DNA of 59,934 bases from Phycisphaerales bacterium (GTDB lineage: Bacteria; Planctomycetota; Phycisphaerae; Phycisphaerales; UBA1924): positions 1 through 59,934 of the forward strand of contig JAJDCZ010000012.1 of assembly GCA_029260555.1 (NCBI GenBank). Reading direction: 5' to 3'. This document shows, in pieces, positions 9,285-19,299 of the stretch (the stretch's first letter is position 1; the number at the start of each line of letters is the position of its first letter). The position numbers and the translations under genes were made by a program. The notes below the pieces were generated by a model that was not told where the DNA came from, ran no database searches, and saw only the letters and a program-made list of their open reading frames with translations.

Positions 9285-9426
9285 AAGTATGGCTTTGTAC
9301 CCATTCATTGGGCGCGGGAGTCTAGGATCCATCATCGGCACTGGGCCAATGGTTCGTTTCAGATCGTGTTTGAATGCTGATCCGGGTTCACAACTGATCC
9401 GAATTCAGCCTGAACGGGTGGTGAAT

Positions 9427-10659
9427 ATGAAACAGAGTTTTCAGCTCAATCAGGGTTTGATCGCAGCTTTACTCATCGCCATGGTTGGCACTCTGGCATC
9501 AGAGGCATGCGCACAAGAGCCGTCTCAAGCCATCGCTATCCGCGTGATGACCTTCAATCTTGAGGATGTCCGCACCGAGGATCTGAAAAACGGAGACAAC
9601 CCCAGACTTAAAGCTCTGGCTCAGATCATTCAGCGGATTCGACCCACGGTGCTCTTTCTCAATGAGATCGCCTATGACCTGCCAGAGGGTGACAAGCCCG
9701 GCGGCACCAATGCCCAGCGGTTTGCTGATTTGTATCTGGGAGTCTCACAGGGGCCTGGGCTCAAGCCCATGCGATTCCGCGGGTTCATGCAAAAATCCAA
9801 CACGGGCATGGCCAGCGGGTTTGATCTGAACCGCGATGGAACTGTGCAAACGCAGTTCCCCACAACGGGGGCGAAGGACAAAGCCTCGCGAGACATGGGC
9901 CGAGCGTATGGCGGGGATTGCTGGGGATTTGGAACTTTTCCCGGCCAATATGCCATGGCACTGCTTGTTGACGATCGGCTTGAGATTCTGGAGGACCAGG
10001 TGCGGACATTTCGTTTGCTTCCCTGGGATTACATACCCGGAGCGTTTTTGCCGAATACACCGGATGGAACCGAGCCCTGGTTCGATGATGAAGAGCGGGC
10101 TGCTGTGAGACTGAGTTCCAAAAGCCACTGGGATGTCCCGGTGCGGCTGCCTGGTCGCGGCGATGATGCACAATCGGGTCGAGTTGTGCATTTTTTGTGC
10201 AGCCATCCCACACCGCCTGCATTTGATGGCCCAGAAAAGCGCAACGGAAAGCGAAACCATGACGAGATTCGCTTCTGGGCAGACTATGTGACGGGTGCTT
10301 CATACATCGTGGATGACAAAGGCACGCCTGGCAGTTTGGCTCCAGACCAGTTGTTTGTGATTCTGGGTGATCTGAATGCTGATCCAGATGAAGGCAGCTC
10401 ATATAAAGACCCGATCGGGACAGTTCTCAAATCCTGCAATCGGATCAACTGGCAGCCTGCTCCAACTGCTGATGTTGTCATCGACGGGCTTGATATTGAT
10501 GATACTGCAGCATGGGGGCTGAGGGTTGATTATGTGCTGATCAGTCAGGGATTATCCATTCGCAAATCGGGCATCTGGAGACGGAATCCTGAAAACAGCG
10601 AATCATTCCCCAGCGATCATTTTCCCGTATGGGCTGAAATCGAAGTGCCTGGCAACTAA
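9427..10659 (+). CDS. Secreted endonuclease/exonuclease/phosphatase (EEP) family protein
   Basis: Signal peptide MKQSFQLNQGLIAALLIAMVGTLASEACA at the internal ATG 9427. EEP hallmarks: N-terminal VMTFNLED and C-terminal SDHFPVWAEIEV. Confidence 0.75.
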   Translation: MKQSFQLNQGLIAALLIAMVGTLASEACAQEPSQAIAIRVMTFNLEDVRTEDLKNGDNPRLKALAQIIQRIRPTVLFLNEIAYDLPEGDKPGGTNAQRFADLYLGVSQGPGLKPMRFRGFMQKSNTGMASGFDLNRDGTVQTQFPTTGAKDKASRDMGRAYGGDCWGFGTFPGQYAMALLVDDRLEILEDQVRTFRLLPWDYIPGAFLPNTPDGTEPWFDDEERAAVRLSSKSHWDVPVRLPGRGDDAQSGRVVHFLCSHPTPPAFDGPEKRNGKRNHDEIRFWADYVTGASYIVDDKGTPGSLAPDQLFVILGDLNADPDEGSSYKDPIGTVLKSCNRINWQPAPTADVVIDGLDIDDTAAWGLRVDYVLISQGLSIRKSGIWRRNPENSESFPSDHFPVWAEIEVPGN

Positions 10660-10675
10660 GCGTGGGTCATCAGAC

Positions 10676-11104
10676 ATGAGCAATGACAAATCAGAGTTGC
10701 CCGAACTCATAAACCAGAAAGGTGCGCCAAAGGTGCAGGTGCCTGCAATGATGCGCAGGCGGATAATTCTCCTTTATGGCTCGCTCTCACTCATGACAAT
10801 CATGGGCATCATGACCATTGCACTCGTCGATAGCCTGGGCATAAACAAGGCACTCTATACATGGATCCTTTTCTGGGTATCCATGGTTCTCTTTGCAGGA
10901 TTGAGTGTGGATCTGGTTCGAAGATCAAGCCAACTCAAAAAGAAAGTTGAAGAAGCTGAAGGCCTGTTATGTTGGCGCTGCGGTTACCGCCTGGACAGCA
11001 TTGCTGCACAAGGCCAATGCCCCGAATGTGGCTCGGAATATGATCATGCCAACCTGAAGAGGCTGTGGCAGGAATGCGGGTATATTGATCGGGACAAAGA
11101 CTAG
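10676..11104 (+). CDS. Membrane protein (2 TM) with C-terminal CxxC...CxxC zinc-ribbon. Unknown function.
   Basis: Hydrophobic helices LLYGSLSLMTIMGIMTIALV / YTWILFWVSMVLFAGL, then CWRCGY...CPECG. Confidence 0.45.
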   Translation: MSNDKSELPELINQKGAPKVQVPAMMRRRIILLYGSLSLMTIMGIMTIALVDSLGINKALYTWILFWVSMVLFAGLSVDLVRRSSQLKKKVEEAEGLLCWRCGYRLDSIAAQGQCPECGSEYDHANLKRLWQECGYIDRDKD

Positions 11105-12240
11105 AGGTTTGCTGCAATTTCATGTGCGACGACTGTGGTTGAATCGCCCTTGCCTCGGCCTTTGACATCGTATGTGGCGATCTTGCCCTCTGCGATGGTT
11201 TTGGCAACCGCAGCTTCAAGGCGGTTTGCAAGTTCGGTTTCACTCAGCCAGTCGAGCATCATCTTGGCAGTCAAAATCATGGCCATGGGATTGACGACAT
11301 TCTGCCCGATGTACTTGGGTGCGCTGCCATGGGTGGGCTCAAAGACAGCGTAGTCATCGCCGATGTTCGCAGCACAGGCAAAGCCAAGCCCACCTACAAG
11401 ACCGGCGCAGAGGTCACTGACGATGTCGCCAAACATGTTTTCTGCGACAAGAACATCATAATCCTGCGGATTTTTGATCATCCACATGCAGATGGCATCG
11501 ATGTTTGCTTCCCATGCCTGGATACCCGGATATTGCTTGGCAACTTTGCGAAACTCGCGTGTCATGAGACCACCGGTTTCGCGGAGGACATTGGGTTTTT
11601 CAACCAGCGTGACGGTTTTCCTGCCGAAGTTCTTGGCATACTCAAAGGCCTGAGTGCAGATACTCTCACAGCCTTGCCTGCTCATGACTCGTGTGGAAAC
11701 CGCGACATTGTCCAGCCCCTTTTCAAACCATCGCTTCATGCGATCGGGATGGCCGACTTGTGGATCTGCCATGGCGGTTGCGATTTTTTCCGGCAAAGGG
11801 AACCACTCGATCCCGCCATACATGCCTTCGGTGTTTTCACGAAAGACGACCAGATCAATGTCGTCGCGGTAGTTCAGCGGATTACCCGGGTAGGCTTTGC
11901 AAGGCCTGAGGTTGGTATGCAGATTGAAAACCTGCCGAAGCTTGACGATGGGGCTGAAATAACTCAATCCCTTGTCCTGCAATGACGGGTCCAACTCCTG
12001 GTTTGCTTCATCGCGGGGTTTGGATGTAATTGCACCAAACAAAGCACAATCGGTAGATTTCAGAAGCTCAAGGGTGCGATCAGGCAGCGGATTTCCTTCT
12101 TTGCACCAGAACTCCCAGCCGATATCCGCGGGGACATACTCAGCGTCGAGGTTCAGAGCATCGAGCACGATGCGGGTTGCGTCCATGACATCGACGCCTA
12201 CGCCGTCGCCGGGCATCCATGCGATTGTGTGCTTGGCCAT
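11101..12240 (-). CDS. Isocitrate/isopropylmalate dehydrogenase family protein (NAD(P)-dependent beta-decarboxylating dehydrogenase)
   Basis: 379 aa. Family motifs GDGVG, LFGAI, ENTEGMYGG, NMFGDIVSDLCAGLVGGLG, FEPTHGSAPK. Cannot tell LeuB from Icd or homoisocitrate DH by eye. GGAGAT RBS. Confidence 0.8.
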   Translation of the reverse strand: MAKHTIAWMPGDGVGVDVMDATRIVLDALNLDAEYVPADIGWEFWCKEGNPLPDRTLELLKSTDCALFGAITSKPRDEANQELDPSLQDKGLSYFSPIVKLRQVFNLHTNLRPCKAYPGNPLNYRDDIDLVVFRENTEGMYGGIEWFPLPEKIATAMADPQVGHPDRMKRWFEKGLDNVAVSTRVMSRQGCESICTQAFEYAKNFGRKTVTLVEKPNVLRETGGLMTREFRKVAKQYPGIQAWEANIDAICMWMIKNPQDYDVLVAENMFGDIVSDLCAGLVGGLGFACAANIGDDYAVFEPTHGSAPKYIGQNVVNPMAMILTAKMMLDWLSETELANRLEAAVAKTIAEGKIATYDVKGRGKGDSTTVVAHEIAANL

Positions 12241-12488
12241 GATTGATCTCCATCTCTGTTTTCCCGTGCCTTGGGGCTGATCGGGGGTGGTTTTTTGGCG
12301 AATAGAGCGATGCTGAGGATAGGCCTTTCAAACGAAGCAGAATATCTCGAGCAGGTTTGGAATAAGTGGAATGCGGGGATGGTTTGGAGAGTGTTGCCGG
12401 GCCCGGCGTAAGGGGCAGTTGCCCCAAAGAGTTGTGCGTAGCTGTTTCAACGACGAGTTGACACGGATCAGGCGTTTTCAACCTCCAA

Positions 12489-12974
12489 ATGAAAGGGCAG
12501 GCAATGAACAGCCATTACAAAAATATTCGGCAGACACGGTTTTTAAGGCATGTCGTCGTTCCCAGATATATCGCGGGTGCTTCACTGGGGATTTTTGGTT
12601 CGCTTCATCTGCTTCTGGCATCGTTTTCGATGATGCCGATTATGGAAGCTGCGAATCTGCCTCTGGTGGGGTTCAGTGCGATCGTGGTGCCGATTCTGGA
12701 AGTTATTGCAGGCATGATGCTGGTTTCAGGATTTTTTGCACGGATCGGAGCGGCGATCACGCTTCCGATTATGGCAATGGCGATTTATGCACATGTTGTT
12801 GCCACCTGGCCGGGCGAGATGCCTTTCATATTGCCACTGGTGGTTATTTGTTCTGCAGCCTATGTGCTCTGGCTGGGCGCTGGTGCGTGGAGCTTTGATC
12901 TTCGCGCATTTCCTGAAGCTCAGGATCATGAGCACAAGGTCATCACGGTTCCGTTTCCACATGAAGCTGCATGA
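12489..12974 (+). CDS. DoxX-like small integral membrane protein (hypothetical)
   Basis: Four predicted TM helices in 161 aa. Composition resembles the DoxX family. Start may be the downstream MNSHYK. Confidence 0.4.
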   Translation: MKGQAMNSHYKNIRQTRFLRHVVVPRYIAGASLGIFGSLHLLLASFSMMPIMEAANLPLVGFSAIVVPILEVIAGMMLVSGFFARIGAAITLPIMAMAIYAHVVATWPGEMPFILPLVVICSAAYVLWLGAGAWSFDLRAFPEAQDHEHKVITVPFPHEAA

Positions 12975-12987
12975 CTTTGAGGTCAGG

Positions 12988-14289
12988 TCAATCTTCTGAA
13001 GGTGTGCGCTCAAAGACCAGCCTGCGAGGCGCAGCATGTGTCAGAGCGCGATGGAGCATCGCAAGAGCACTGATGCAGGCGTATCGACGGATCTGCTGAC
13101 GGCTGCCTTTGAAGTGAAAAAGGCGTACATCAGGCTCGCTGGTGCGTGAAGCGTGTGCAATCCAGACGGTGCCTGCGGGCTTGTCTGGTGTTGCCCCGCA
13201 TGGTCCAGCAATGCCTGTGATGGCAAGTGCGTGGTGAACATCCGGGGCGTGTTTTAAAACGCCCAGAGCCATGTACCTGGCACAGATTTGTGAAACCGCG
13301 CCATCGCCTTGTTGAGAGAAGATATCCGCAGGGACACCCAGGCATTTTTGTTTCATTTCATTGGTATAGGTGATCCAGCCACCTTCATAGGCATCTGATG
13401 AGCCTGAAGCAGCGGTGAGCAGTGCCCCAAGCATGCCTCCGGTGCAGGATTCCGCTGCTGCCAGGCACTGATTCTGCTCTTTGAGCAGGCTGATGATGGT
13501 TTGAGGGAGTGTCTGGTCGTCAACGCCAAACACCACATCGCCAAGGTGCTGACGGATCTGATTTTCGATGAGATCAAGCTTGGCCCGATTGCCTGTCGTT
13601 CTAAGTCGGCAGGTGACAATGAGACCAGACGCGGTCGTGCCTACAGCGGGATCGTTGCCACGATCCATGAGTGAACCGAGCTTGGTGGCAAGTTCAGATT
13701 CACCCATGCTGACGGTATGGATGAGCCTCTGGTGAATGGCGTTGTCTGCGTGTTGTTGTGCCAGATGATGCTCAGCCAGTTGATCAAACATGGGCATCAT
13801 TTCGCTGGGCGGGCCGGGAAGGCAGGCGATGATTGTGCTGTCAGCTTTGTAAAGCAGGCCTGGAGCTGTACCGACGGGGTTGGTCAGACACACAGCATGT
13901 GCAGGTCGAAGTGCCTGAGCAAGATTGGCCTTGGGCATGGGGATGTCTTTGAAGAATGCTTTGAGCTGTGCAATCGCCTGATCATCGGTCACGAGTTTGT
14001 CATTCAGAACATCGGCCAGTGACTGGCGGGTGAGGTCATCGAGCGTTGGACCCAGGCCTCCGGTGCAGATGACCAGATGTGCATTGGCCATGAGCGTTTG
14101 TATTGCATCAGCGATGGTCTGCTGGTCATCAGGGACGAGCTGATGTGTGATGACCTCATACCCAAGCTCGGTGAGCCTGCTGGCAAGCCACTGCGAGTTG
14201 GTATCGAGTTTCTGACCCAGCACCAGCTCGTCGCCAATAGCAAGAATACCCGCAGTTTGCAGCGAATTGTTCATCAGGCTCGCGCTCAC
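12988..14289 (-). CDS. cinA: CinA: competence/damage-inducible protein A (MoCF-binding domain plus NMN deamidase PncC domain)
   Basis: N-terminal ILAIGDELVLGQKLDTNSQWLASRL (MoaB/MogA-like). C-terminal CinA/PncC motifs AAESCTGGMLG, AITGIAGP. Start overlaps the upstream SDR stop by 4 nt. Confidence 0.85.
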   Translation of the reverse strand: MSASLMNNSLQTAGILAIGDELVLGQKLDTNSQWLASRLTELGYEVITHQLVPDDQQTIADAIQTLMANAHLVICTGGLGPTLDDLTRQSLADVLNDKLVTDDQAIAQLKAFFKDIPMPKANLAQALRPAHAVCLTNPVGTAPGLLYKADSTIIACLPGPPSEMMPMFDQLAEHHLAQQHADNAIHQRLIHTVSMGESELATKLGSLMDRGNDPAVGTTASGLIVTCRLRTTGNRAKLDLIENQIRQHLGDVVFGVDDQTLPQTIISLLKEQNQCLAAAESCTGGMLGALLTAASGSSDAYEGGWITYTNEMKQKCLGVPADIFSQQGDGAVSQICARYMALGVLKHAPDVHHALAITGIAGPCGATPDKPAGTVWIAHASRTSEPDVRLFHFKGSRQQIRRYACISALAMLHRALTHAAPRRLVFERTPSED

Positions 14290-15047
14290 TTGAGTGCAGG
14301 GCTTGGAATGGGAATGGTCTGGCCGATCTGATCATCACATTTGCCAAGAACGCATTGGCAAACGACCTCAGCAACGGCTTCGGGGCTGAGCGTGGCATCT
14401 TTGGGGAGTTGATCTTCAGTAAGTATGGAGCGGAGCATGTCGGTTTCGACAGCTCCGGGTGCGATGGCAAAGGCGCGAACACCCGAACCTCCGGATTCGG
14501 TGAAAACCTGCCCACTGGCAACGCAGGCTTTGGCCAGCACATTGACGGACCCTTTAGCGGCAGCGTATGCAAAGAGACCCGGAAAGGGGTCCTGAGTGGC
14601 CATGGAGGAGATGTTGACGACACAGCCTGAGCCTTGCCTTTGGAAGATGGGCCAGACTGCTGCGACAGCCCAGGTCGGAGCGAGGGCATTGATCTCAAAA
14701 ACTACCCGAATCAGCTCCGGATCACTCTCATCGGGCGTGGCCAGTGGAGCAAACCCTGCGTTGTTGATGAGCACATCGAGCCTGCTGAAGCGTTCGTCAG
14801 TGGCTGTGATGGCATCTGCAATCTGATCGGGATCAGTAATATCAGCACTTATCGCGATCCATGAGCTGGGTGAATCGCCTGTAGATGATGCTTCAGTGAT
14901 TATTTGACCCGTTTCTTCCAGAGCATCCAGCCTGCGACCAACAAGGGCAAGTCGAAATTGATGGGCAGCGAGCTGTATAGCGATGGCTCTGCCGATGCCT
15001 GAGCCTGCACCTGTGATAAAAGCGACGGGGGTGGATGAGGTGGTCAT
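14286..15047 (-). CDS. Short-chain dehydrogenase/reductase (SDR) family oxidoreductase
   Basis: TPVAFITGAGSGIGRAIA glycine-rich motif, NNAG, catalytic YxxxK region (YAAAKGSV). Start trimmed to ATG 15047 (MTTSS...). The longer ORF to 15215 has no SDR homology in the extension. Confidence 0.75.
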   Translation of the reverse strand: MTTSSTPVAFITGAGSGIGRAIAIQLAAHQFRLALVGRRLDALEETGQIITEASSTGDSPSSWIAISADITDPDQIADAITATDERFSRLDVLINNAGFAPLATPDESDPELIRVVFEINALAPTWAVAAVWPIFQRQGSGCVVNISSMATQDPFPGLFAYAAAKGSVNVLAKACVASGQVFTESGGSGVRAFAIAPGAVETDMLRSILTEDQLPKDATLSPEAVAEVVCQCVLGKCDDQIGQTIPIPSPALK

Positions 15048-15099
15048 GTGTGATAGTACGCAGTGTGCTGATTGAATCAGTCTGCTAAACTCATGGTCT

Positions 15100-16659
15100 A
15101 TGACACTTTCCCGGATATTGATTGTGCTGGCGTTTGTTGCTGTGATCGGGCTGCCCCTGGCGGTGCGCCGGGGACCTGGTGAATCTGTCGGGGCAGATGT
15201 GCCTCGGCTGATCATCGTGACACCTCATGTCCAGCAGATTCGCGTGGAGTTTTCACAGGCGTTTTCCGAGTGGCACGAACGACACTACGACACACCCGTC
15301 AAAATCGATTGGCGCGTGCCGGGCGGGACCAGCGAGATCGTTCGTCAGCTTCAGGCTCAGTTCAACGCAGCGATCAAGGATGGACGGATCCACGCTGATG
15401 GCACCGCTGAGCCCGGATCGATCGGATATGACATCATGTTCGGCGGCGGGTCATATGACCACAGCAAGCTACACAAGGGCAGCGGCGTCCTGGCTTCGCC
15501 TCCGGGTTCAGACGAAGCCTTCAGCGTACCCATGTCTGCACCGGGTTCATTCACACAAGAACAACTCGATGAATGGTTTGGCGAGAACAAGGTTGGCGCA
15601 GGGTTACTGTACGATCCCGAGCAGTACTGGATCGGGACAGCCCTTTCAACCTTCGGGATTGTGTACAACCGGGATGTTCTGAGTGATCTGGGACTGGCTG
15701 AGCCGACGAGCTTTAAAGACCTGACAGACCCGCGCTATCAAAGCTGGATCGCGTTGTGTGATCCAAGACAGTCGGGTTCCATCACGACGACTCTGGATTC
15801 GATCCTGAACAACAAGGGTTGGGATGATGGGTGGAGGCTGTTGCGTGAGCTGTGTGCCAATACGCGATATTTCACCCCATTATCGACCAAGCCTCCGATA
15901 GATGTGAGTCAGGGAGAGGCTGCTGCAGGGCTGGCAATTGATTTTTATGGTCGAGGCCAGGCCCAGAGCATCGTTCTGCCAGGCGAAGATCCCGCCTATG
16001 CACGAGTGGGGTTTGTTGACCCTGCAGGTGCGGTGTTTGTCGATGCCGACCCCGTTTCAGTGATTCGTGGCGGCCCCAGCCCGGAGCTGGCCTGGCGATT
16101 CGTTGAGTATTGCATGACGGAGGAAGCACAATCGCTATGGCAGTTTCGGTCTGTCAATGACCCCCATCCAGGGGGGAGCCCCATAGGTGAAGATGGCAAG
16201 CCCATGGGACCAAAGTTCAGTGCGCTCAGGCGGATGCCAGCCCAGAGGCGGATGTACGAGAAGTACATGCCTTACATGGTTGATCAGGTCAATCCGTTTG
16301 ATATCGCCTCGGATGTGCGCTCAAAGGGCTGGCGTGGAGCCCTTGGCATCATGATGGGCGGGTTTGGCATTGACACAAGTGATTCGATCAGAGAGGCCTG
16401 GGCAGCGTTGAGCCGGGCTCGAGCAGAAGCGGGCTTTGATCCAATGGTCCTGGTGGAGATGGAGAATCTGTTTTATGCTTTTCCGCCTTTGAAGACAGAT
16501 GGGGGCGAACTGGCGTTTACGCCCGAGAACTACAAGGCATTCAAAACAGCATGGCGTAAACCAGGCATGGGAGAACGGTTTGCCATTGAGTATGCGAAGT
16601 TTTTCAAGCAAAACTATGAACGGGTCGTTGAGTTGGAACATACAGCAAGCCGAAAATAA
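15100..16659 (+). CDS. Membrane-anchored extracellular solute-binding protein (ABC-transporter SBP family 1-like). Orphan: no adjacent permease or ATPase.
   Basis: N-terminal anchor LIVLAFVAVIGLPLAV. Periplasmic-binding-protein-like architecture (two-lobed, 519 aa) with family-1 SBP-like segments (GSITTTLDSIL, FVDP). Assignment is by general resemblance only. Confidence 0.5.
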   Translation: MTLSRILIVLAFVAVIGLPLAVRRGPGESVGADVPRLIIVTPHVQQIRVEFSQAFSEWHERHYDTPVKIDWRVPGGTSEIVRQLQAQFNAAIKDGRIHADGTAEPGSIGYDIMFGGGSYDHSKLHKGSGVLASPPGSDEAFSVPMSAPGSFTQEQLDEWFGENKVGAGLLYDPEQYWIGTALSTFGIVYNRDVLSDLGLAEPTSFKDLTDPRYQSWIALCDPRQSGSITTTLDSILNNKGWDDGWRLLRELCANTRYFTPLSTKPPIDVSQGEAAAGLAIDFYGRGQAQSIVLPGEDPAYARVGFVDPAGAVFVDADPVSVIRGGPSPELAWRFVEYCMTEEAQSLWQFRSVNDPHPGGSPIGEDGKPMGPKFSALRRMPAQRRMYEKYMPYMVDQVNPFDIASDVRSKGWRGALGIMMGGFGIDTSDSIREAWAALSRARAEAGFDPMVLVEMENLFYAFPPLKTDGGELAFTPENYKAFKTAWRKPGMGERFAIEYAKFFKQNYERVVELEHTASRK

Positions 16660-16668
16660 TTATCGGAT

Positions 16669-18243
16669 ATGTCACACACTTTTACAATGAACTCGCCTGT
16701 CAATACAGATCGCCCGGCGCTAGCCAAAATCGTGGCGACGGTCGGGCCTGCCAGCGACTCGCCTGAAATCATCGGCCGACTCATCGAAGAGGGCGTATCC
16801 GTTTTTCGCCTGAACTTCTCGCATGGTTCACTTGATGAGCACGAAGTCACGCTGGGGGTCATCCGCGAAGCTGCCCAGCACGCTGGTCGTCCCGTAGCGG
16901 TGATGGGAGATCTGCCGGGTCCCAAGATTCGCGTGGGCAAGGTGCCAGGCGACGGGATCATGTTGAGCCCTGGCGATACGGTTTTCATCGGTGGGACAGA
17001 CAACAACGCCGTTCGCAATGATAATGGTGTAGTGCTGCCCTGCACTTATGTGGGAGCTGTGGAGGATGTGGATCCTGGTCAGCGGGTGTTGATCAATGAC
17101 GGTGCCATTCGCATGCTGTCTGTTGATCGACTTGACGAAAAACAGGCTGAGCAGGTGGGTGTTGCGGGAAATGCGCTTCAGTGCGCCGTGACCACGGGCG
17201 GCCTTGTAACCAGCGGCAAGGGAATCAACCTGCCGGACTGTGAAGTCAGTGCCCCAGCAGTATCAGAGCGTGACTGGGCGTGTGTTCAGTGGGCTGTGAA
17301 GCATGGAATCGATTACCTGGCTATGTCATTTGTGCGTCGACCTGAGGAAATTATTGAGCTTCGCAAGTATCTCGATGGTGTGTGTTCGTTGAACTTTGGC
17401 ACAGACCAGTCCGGCGAAGGGTCAAAGATTCCCATTATTGCCAAGATCGAAAAGCCTCAGGCCCTGGACCGGATCGAACAGATCATTGAAGCTGCCGATG
17501 CGATCATGGTGGCGAGGGGCGATCTTGGTGTCGAGATGGATCTGGCACTGGTACCTGTGATTCAAAAGCAACTCATTGATCTTGCGGGTCAATGGGGCAA
17601 GCCTTGCATTGTTGCGACACAAATGCTGGAAACGATGATTCATAACTCATCGCCGACGCGAGCAGAGGTAAGCGATGTAGCCAATGCGATCTTTGATGGT
17701 GCTGATGCGGTGATGCTGTCAGCTGAGACCGCGATGGGCGACCACCCATCTCTCGTCGTTTCAATGATGCACCGAATCATCGCAGCATCTGAGAGTCGTA
17801 TCCGTCAGCTACTGCCTGTCAATAAGCCTCAGACCAAGCTTATTGAAAGGCGAATCCAGAACGCTGCCATATCACACGGAGCCTGGCGCATTGCCCAGGA
17901 CATCAAAGCGAGCTTGGTGGTGTGCTGGAGCGAAACAGGTCATACAGCAAGGCTGTTGAGTCAAAATGAGTTTGGCATTCCCATCGTGGCGTTTTCGTCA
18001 TCAAAAAGACAGACCCAGCGAATGGCTCTCTTGCGAGGTGTGGTCCCTATTCGAGCAACGCCTCCTGGCGATGGCTCGATAAGCGAATGGGAATTAATGG
18101 TTGAAGCCCAGATTCTGGGCAATGGATGGGCTCGCAAGGGCGATGCAATCGTGATGGTCGCGGGTGATCCCGTAGGCCAGTCTCGCACTTCCAAGCACCT
18201 TGCCATCCACCATCTGGGTACATCACGCTCGGACCAAAGCTAA
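16669..18243 (+). CDS. pyk: Pyruvate kinase
   Basis: TKIVATVGPAS, FRLNFSHG, MVARGDLGVEM, IVATQMLESM-like ATQMLETMI, C-terminal allosteric domain. Alternative start MNSPVN at 16687. Confidence 0.9.
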   Translation: MSHTFTMNSPVNTDRPALAKIVATVGPASDSPEIIGRLIEEGVSVFRLNFSHGSLDEHEVTLGVIREAAQHAGRPVAVMGDLPGPKIRVGKVPGDGIMLSPGDTVFIGGTDNNAVRNDNGVVLPCTYVGAVEDVDPGQRVLINDGAIRMLSVDRLDEKQAEQVGVAGNALQCAVTTGGLVTSGKGINLPDCEVSAPAVSERDWACVQWAVKHGIDYLAMSFVRRPEEIIELRKYLDGVCSLNFGTDQSGEGSKIPIIAKIEKPQALDRIEQIIEAADAIMVARGDLGVEMDLALVPVIQKQLIDLAGQWGKPCIVATQMLETMIHNSSPTRAEVSDVANAIFDGADAVMLSAETAMGDHPSLVVSMMHRIIAASESRIRQLLPVNKPQTKLIERRIQNAAISHGAWRIAQDIKASLVVCWSETGHTARLLSQNEFGIPIVAFSSSKRQTQRMALLRGVVPIRATPPGDGSISEWELMVEAQILGNGWARKGDAIVMVAGDPVGQSRTSKHLAIHHLGTSRSDQS

Positions 18244-19178
18244 CGCACTAAAGGCGGGTCAACATCGCGGCTTGTGCCACTGAACTTGCTGTTGCTGGTG
18301 CCTGGCCCCCAGGCAGCGAATGAGCCATCAGCGTTCTTGACATACCCCATGTCCGCAGCACTGCTGATGACAACATGGCCATCTGCAAAGGAAAAGTTTG
18401 CTTTGCCAAGATGCCTTTCATCCGGTGCAGACCGATGCTCGGGCAGACGATTGCGCCGGTCTGCATAATCACTGTCAGGTGTCAGGCGTGGCGGGTCCAG
18501 AATATATCCATGACCACCGAGCGATGTCAGCTCCGGATGCCTTGAACCATCAACAAGGTTGGGCGTGCGCACGCTTCTGGGCTTGCCGCCCGCTGTTCCC
18601 AGGGAATCCCCAGCCAGCACAGTCCGCGAAGAATCTATCCCCGAAATCCGCACCGGAAACTTGATGAACCCCTCAGCTTCATTGTCATTTCTGAATCGTG
18701 TGTTGCCAAGGAACTGATGGTTGTAGCCATAAGGATGGTTCCGCGTCGATGTCCAGTCATCCGCTGTCGGGCACAGAAAGATCTTGTTCATCACCTGCAG
18801 CGAATGCTCGTCTGCGGGTTCCCGGCTCGGCTCAGCGAAGGCAAAGAAGCCAGCAGCTGCTCCCATCATTGCATACCACCGAGGTCGATACTGCAAGCCG
18901 TTACCCACATCGTAGAGATTCAATGACGGGTCGCTGTAACGCCCGGGTTGACCGGGGAGCGAGATGTCATCGTTGGCATCGGCGTACAGCGTCCAGCCGA
19001 TTGCCACCTGACGCATCCGTGATGCGCACACCGTGCTTTGCGCCTGCTGCTTGGCGCCGCCCAATGCGGGCAACAGAACCCCCAAGAGCACACCGATGAT
19101 TAAAATCACCACCAGCAGCTCAATCAATGAAAAACCACGCACTCGCTTCTTCGTATATTTGAGTTGCAATCGATCCAT
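18240..19178 (-). CDS. DUF1559 / prepilin-type N-terminal cleavage-methylation domain protein (H-X9-DG family, type II secretion pseudopilin-like)
   Basis: N-terminal [33 protein letters not shown] and C-terminal FADGHVVISSAADMGYVKNADGS (H-X9-DG). Confidence 0.75.
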   Translation of the reverse strand: MDRLQLKYTKKRVRGFSLIELLVVILIIGVLLGVLLPALGGAKQQAQSTVCASRMRQVAIGWTLYADANDDISLPGQPGRYSDPSLNLYDVGNGLQYRPRWYAMMGAAAGFFAFAEPSREPADEHSLQVMNKIFLCPTADDWTSTRNHPYGYNHQFLGNTRFRNDNEAEGFIKFPVRISGIDSSRTVLAGDSLGTAGGKPRSVRTPNLVDGSRHPELTSLGGHGYILDPPRLTPDSDYADRRNRLPEHRSAPDERHLGKANFSFADGHVVISSAADMGYVKNADGSFAAWGPGTSNSKFSGTSRDVDPPLVR

Positions 19179-19299
19179 TATTCACTACGAGCTTCGCGTC
19201 TGACACTGACGCGGTTTCATCTGGAAACTCCGCTGCCATGATTTGCTGCTGCAATCGTTCAGATCGACACTCAATGCCCACAACTCAACCAGTAGCAGC

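Noticed and set aside
9745-10402. Two overlapping minus-strand ORFs (171 and 205 aa)
   Set aside because: Both lie inside the EEP-family gene on the opposite strand. No motifs. Shadow ORFs.
12241-12488. Structured RNA or small gene between the IDH-like gene and the DoxX-like gene
   Set aside because: Only a short GGGGCAGTTGCCCC hairpin with no U-tract. Small ORFs there (12140..12481, 12371..12898) are Arg-rich shadow frames. Nothing supportable.
15048-15215. 5' extension of the SDR ORF (start at 15215)
   Set aside because: The extension (MISRGTSAPTDSPGPRRTARGSPITATNAS...) is Pro/Arg-rich and would overlap the divergent SBP gene start. SDR homology begins exactly at the internal Met (15047).
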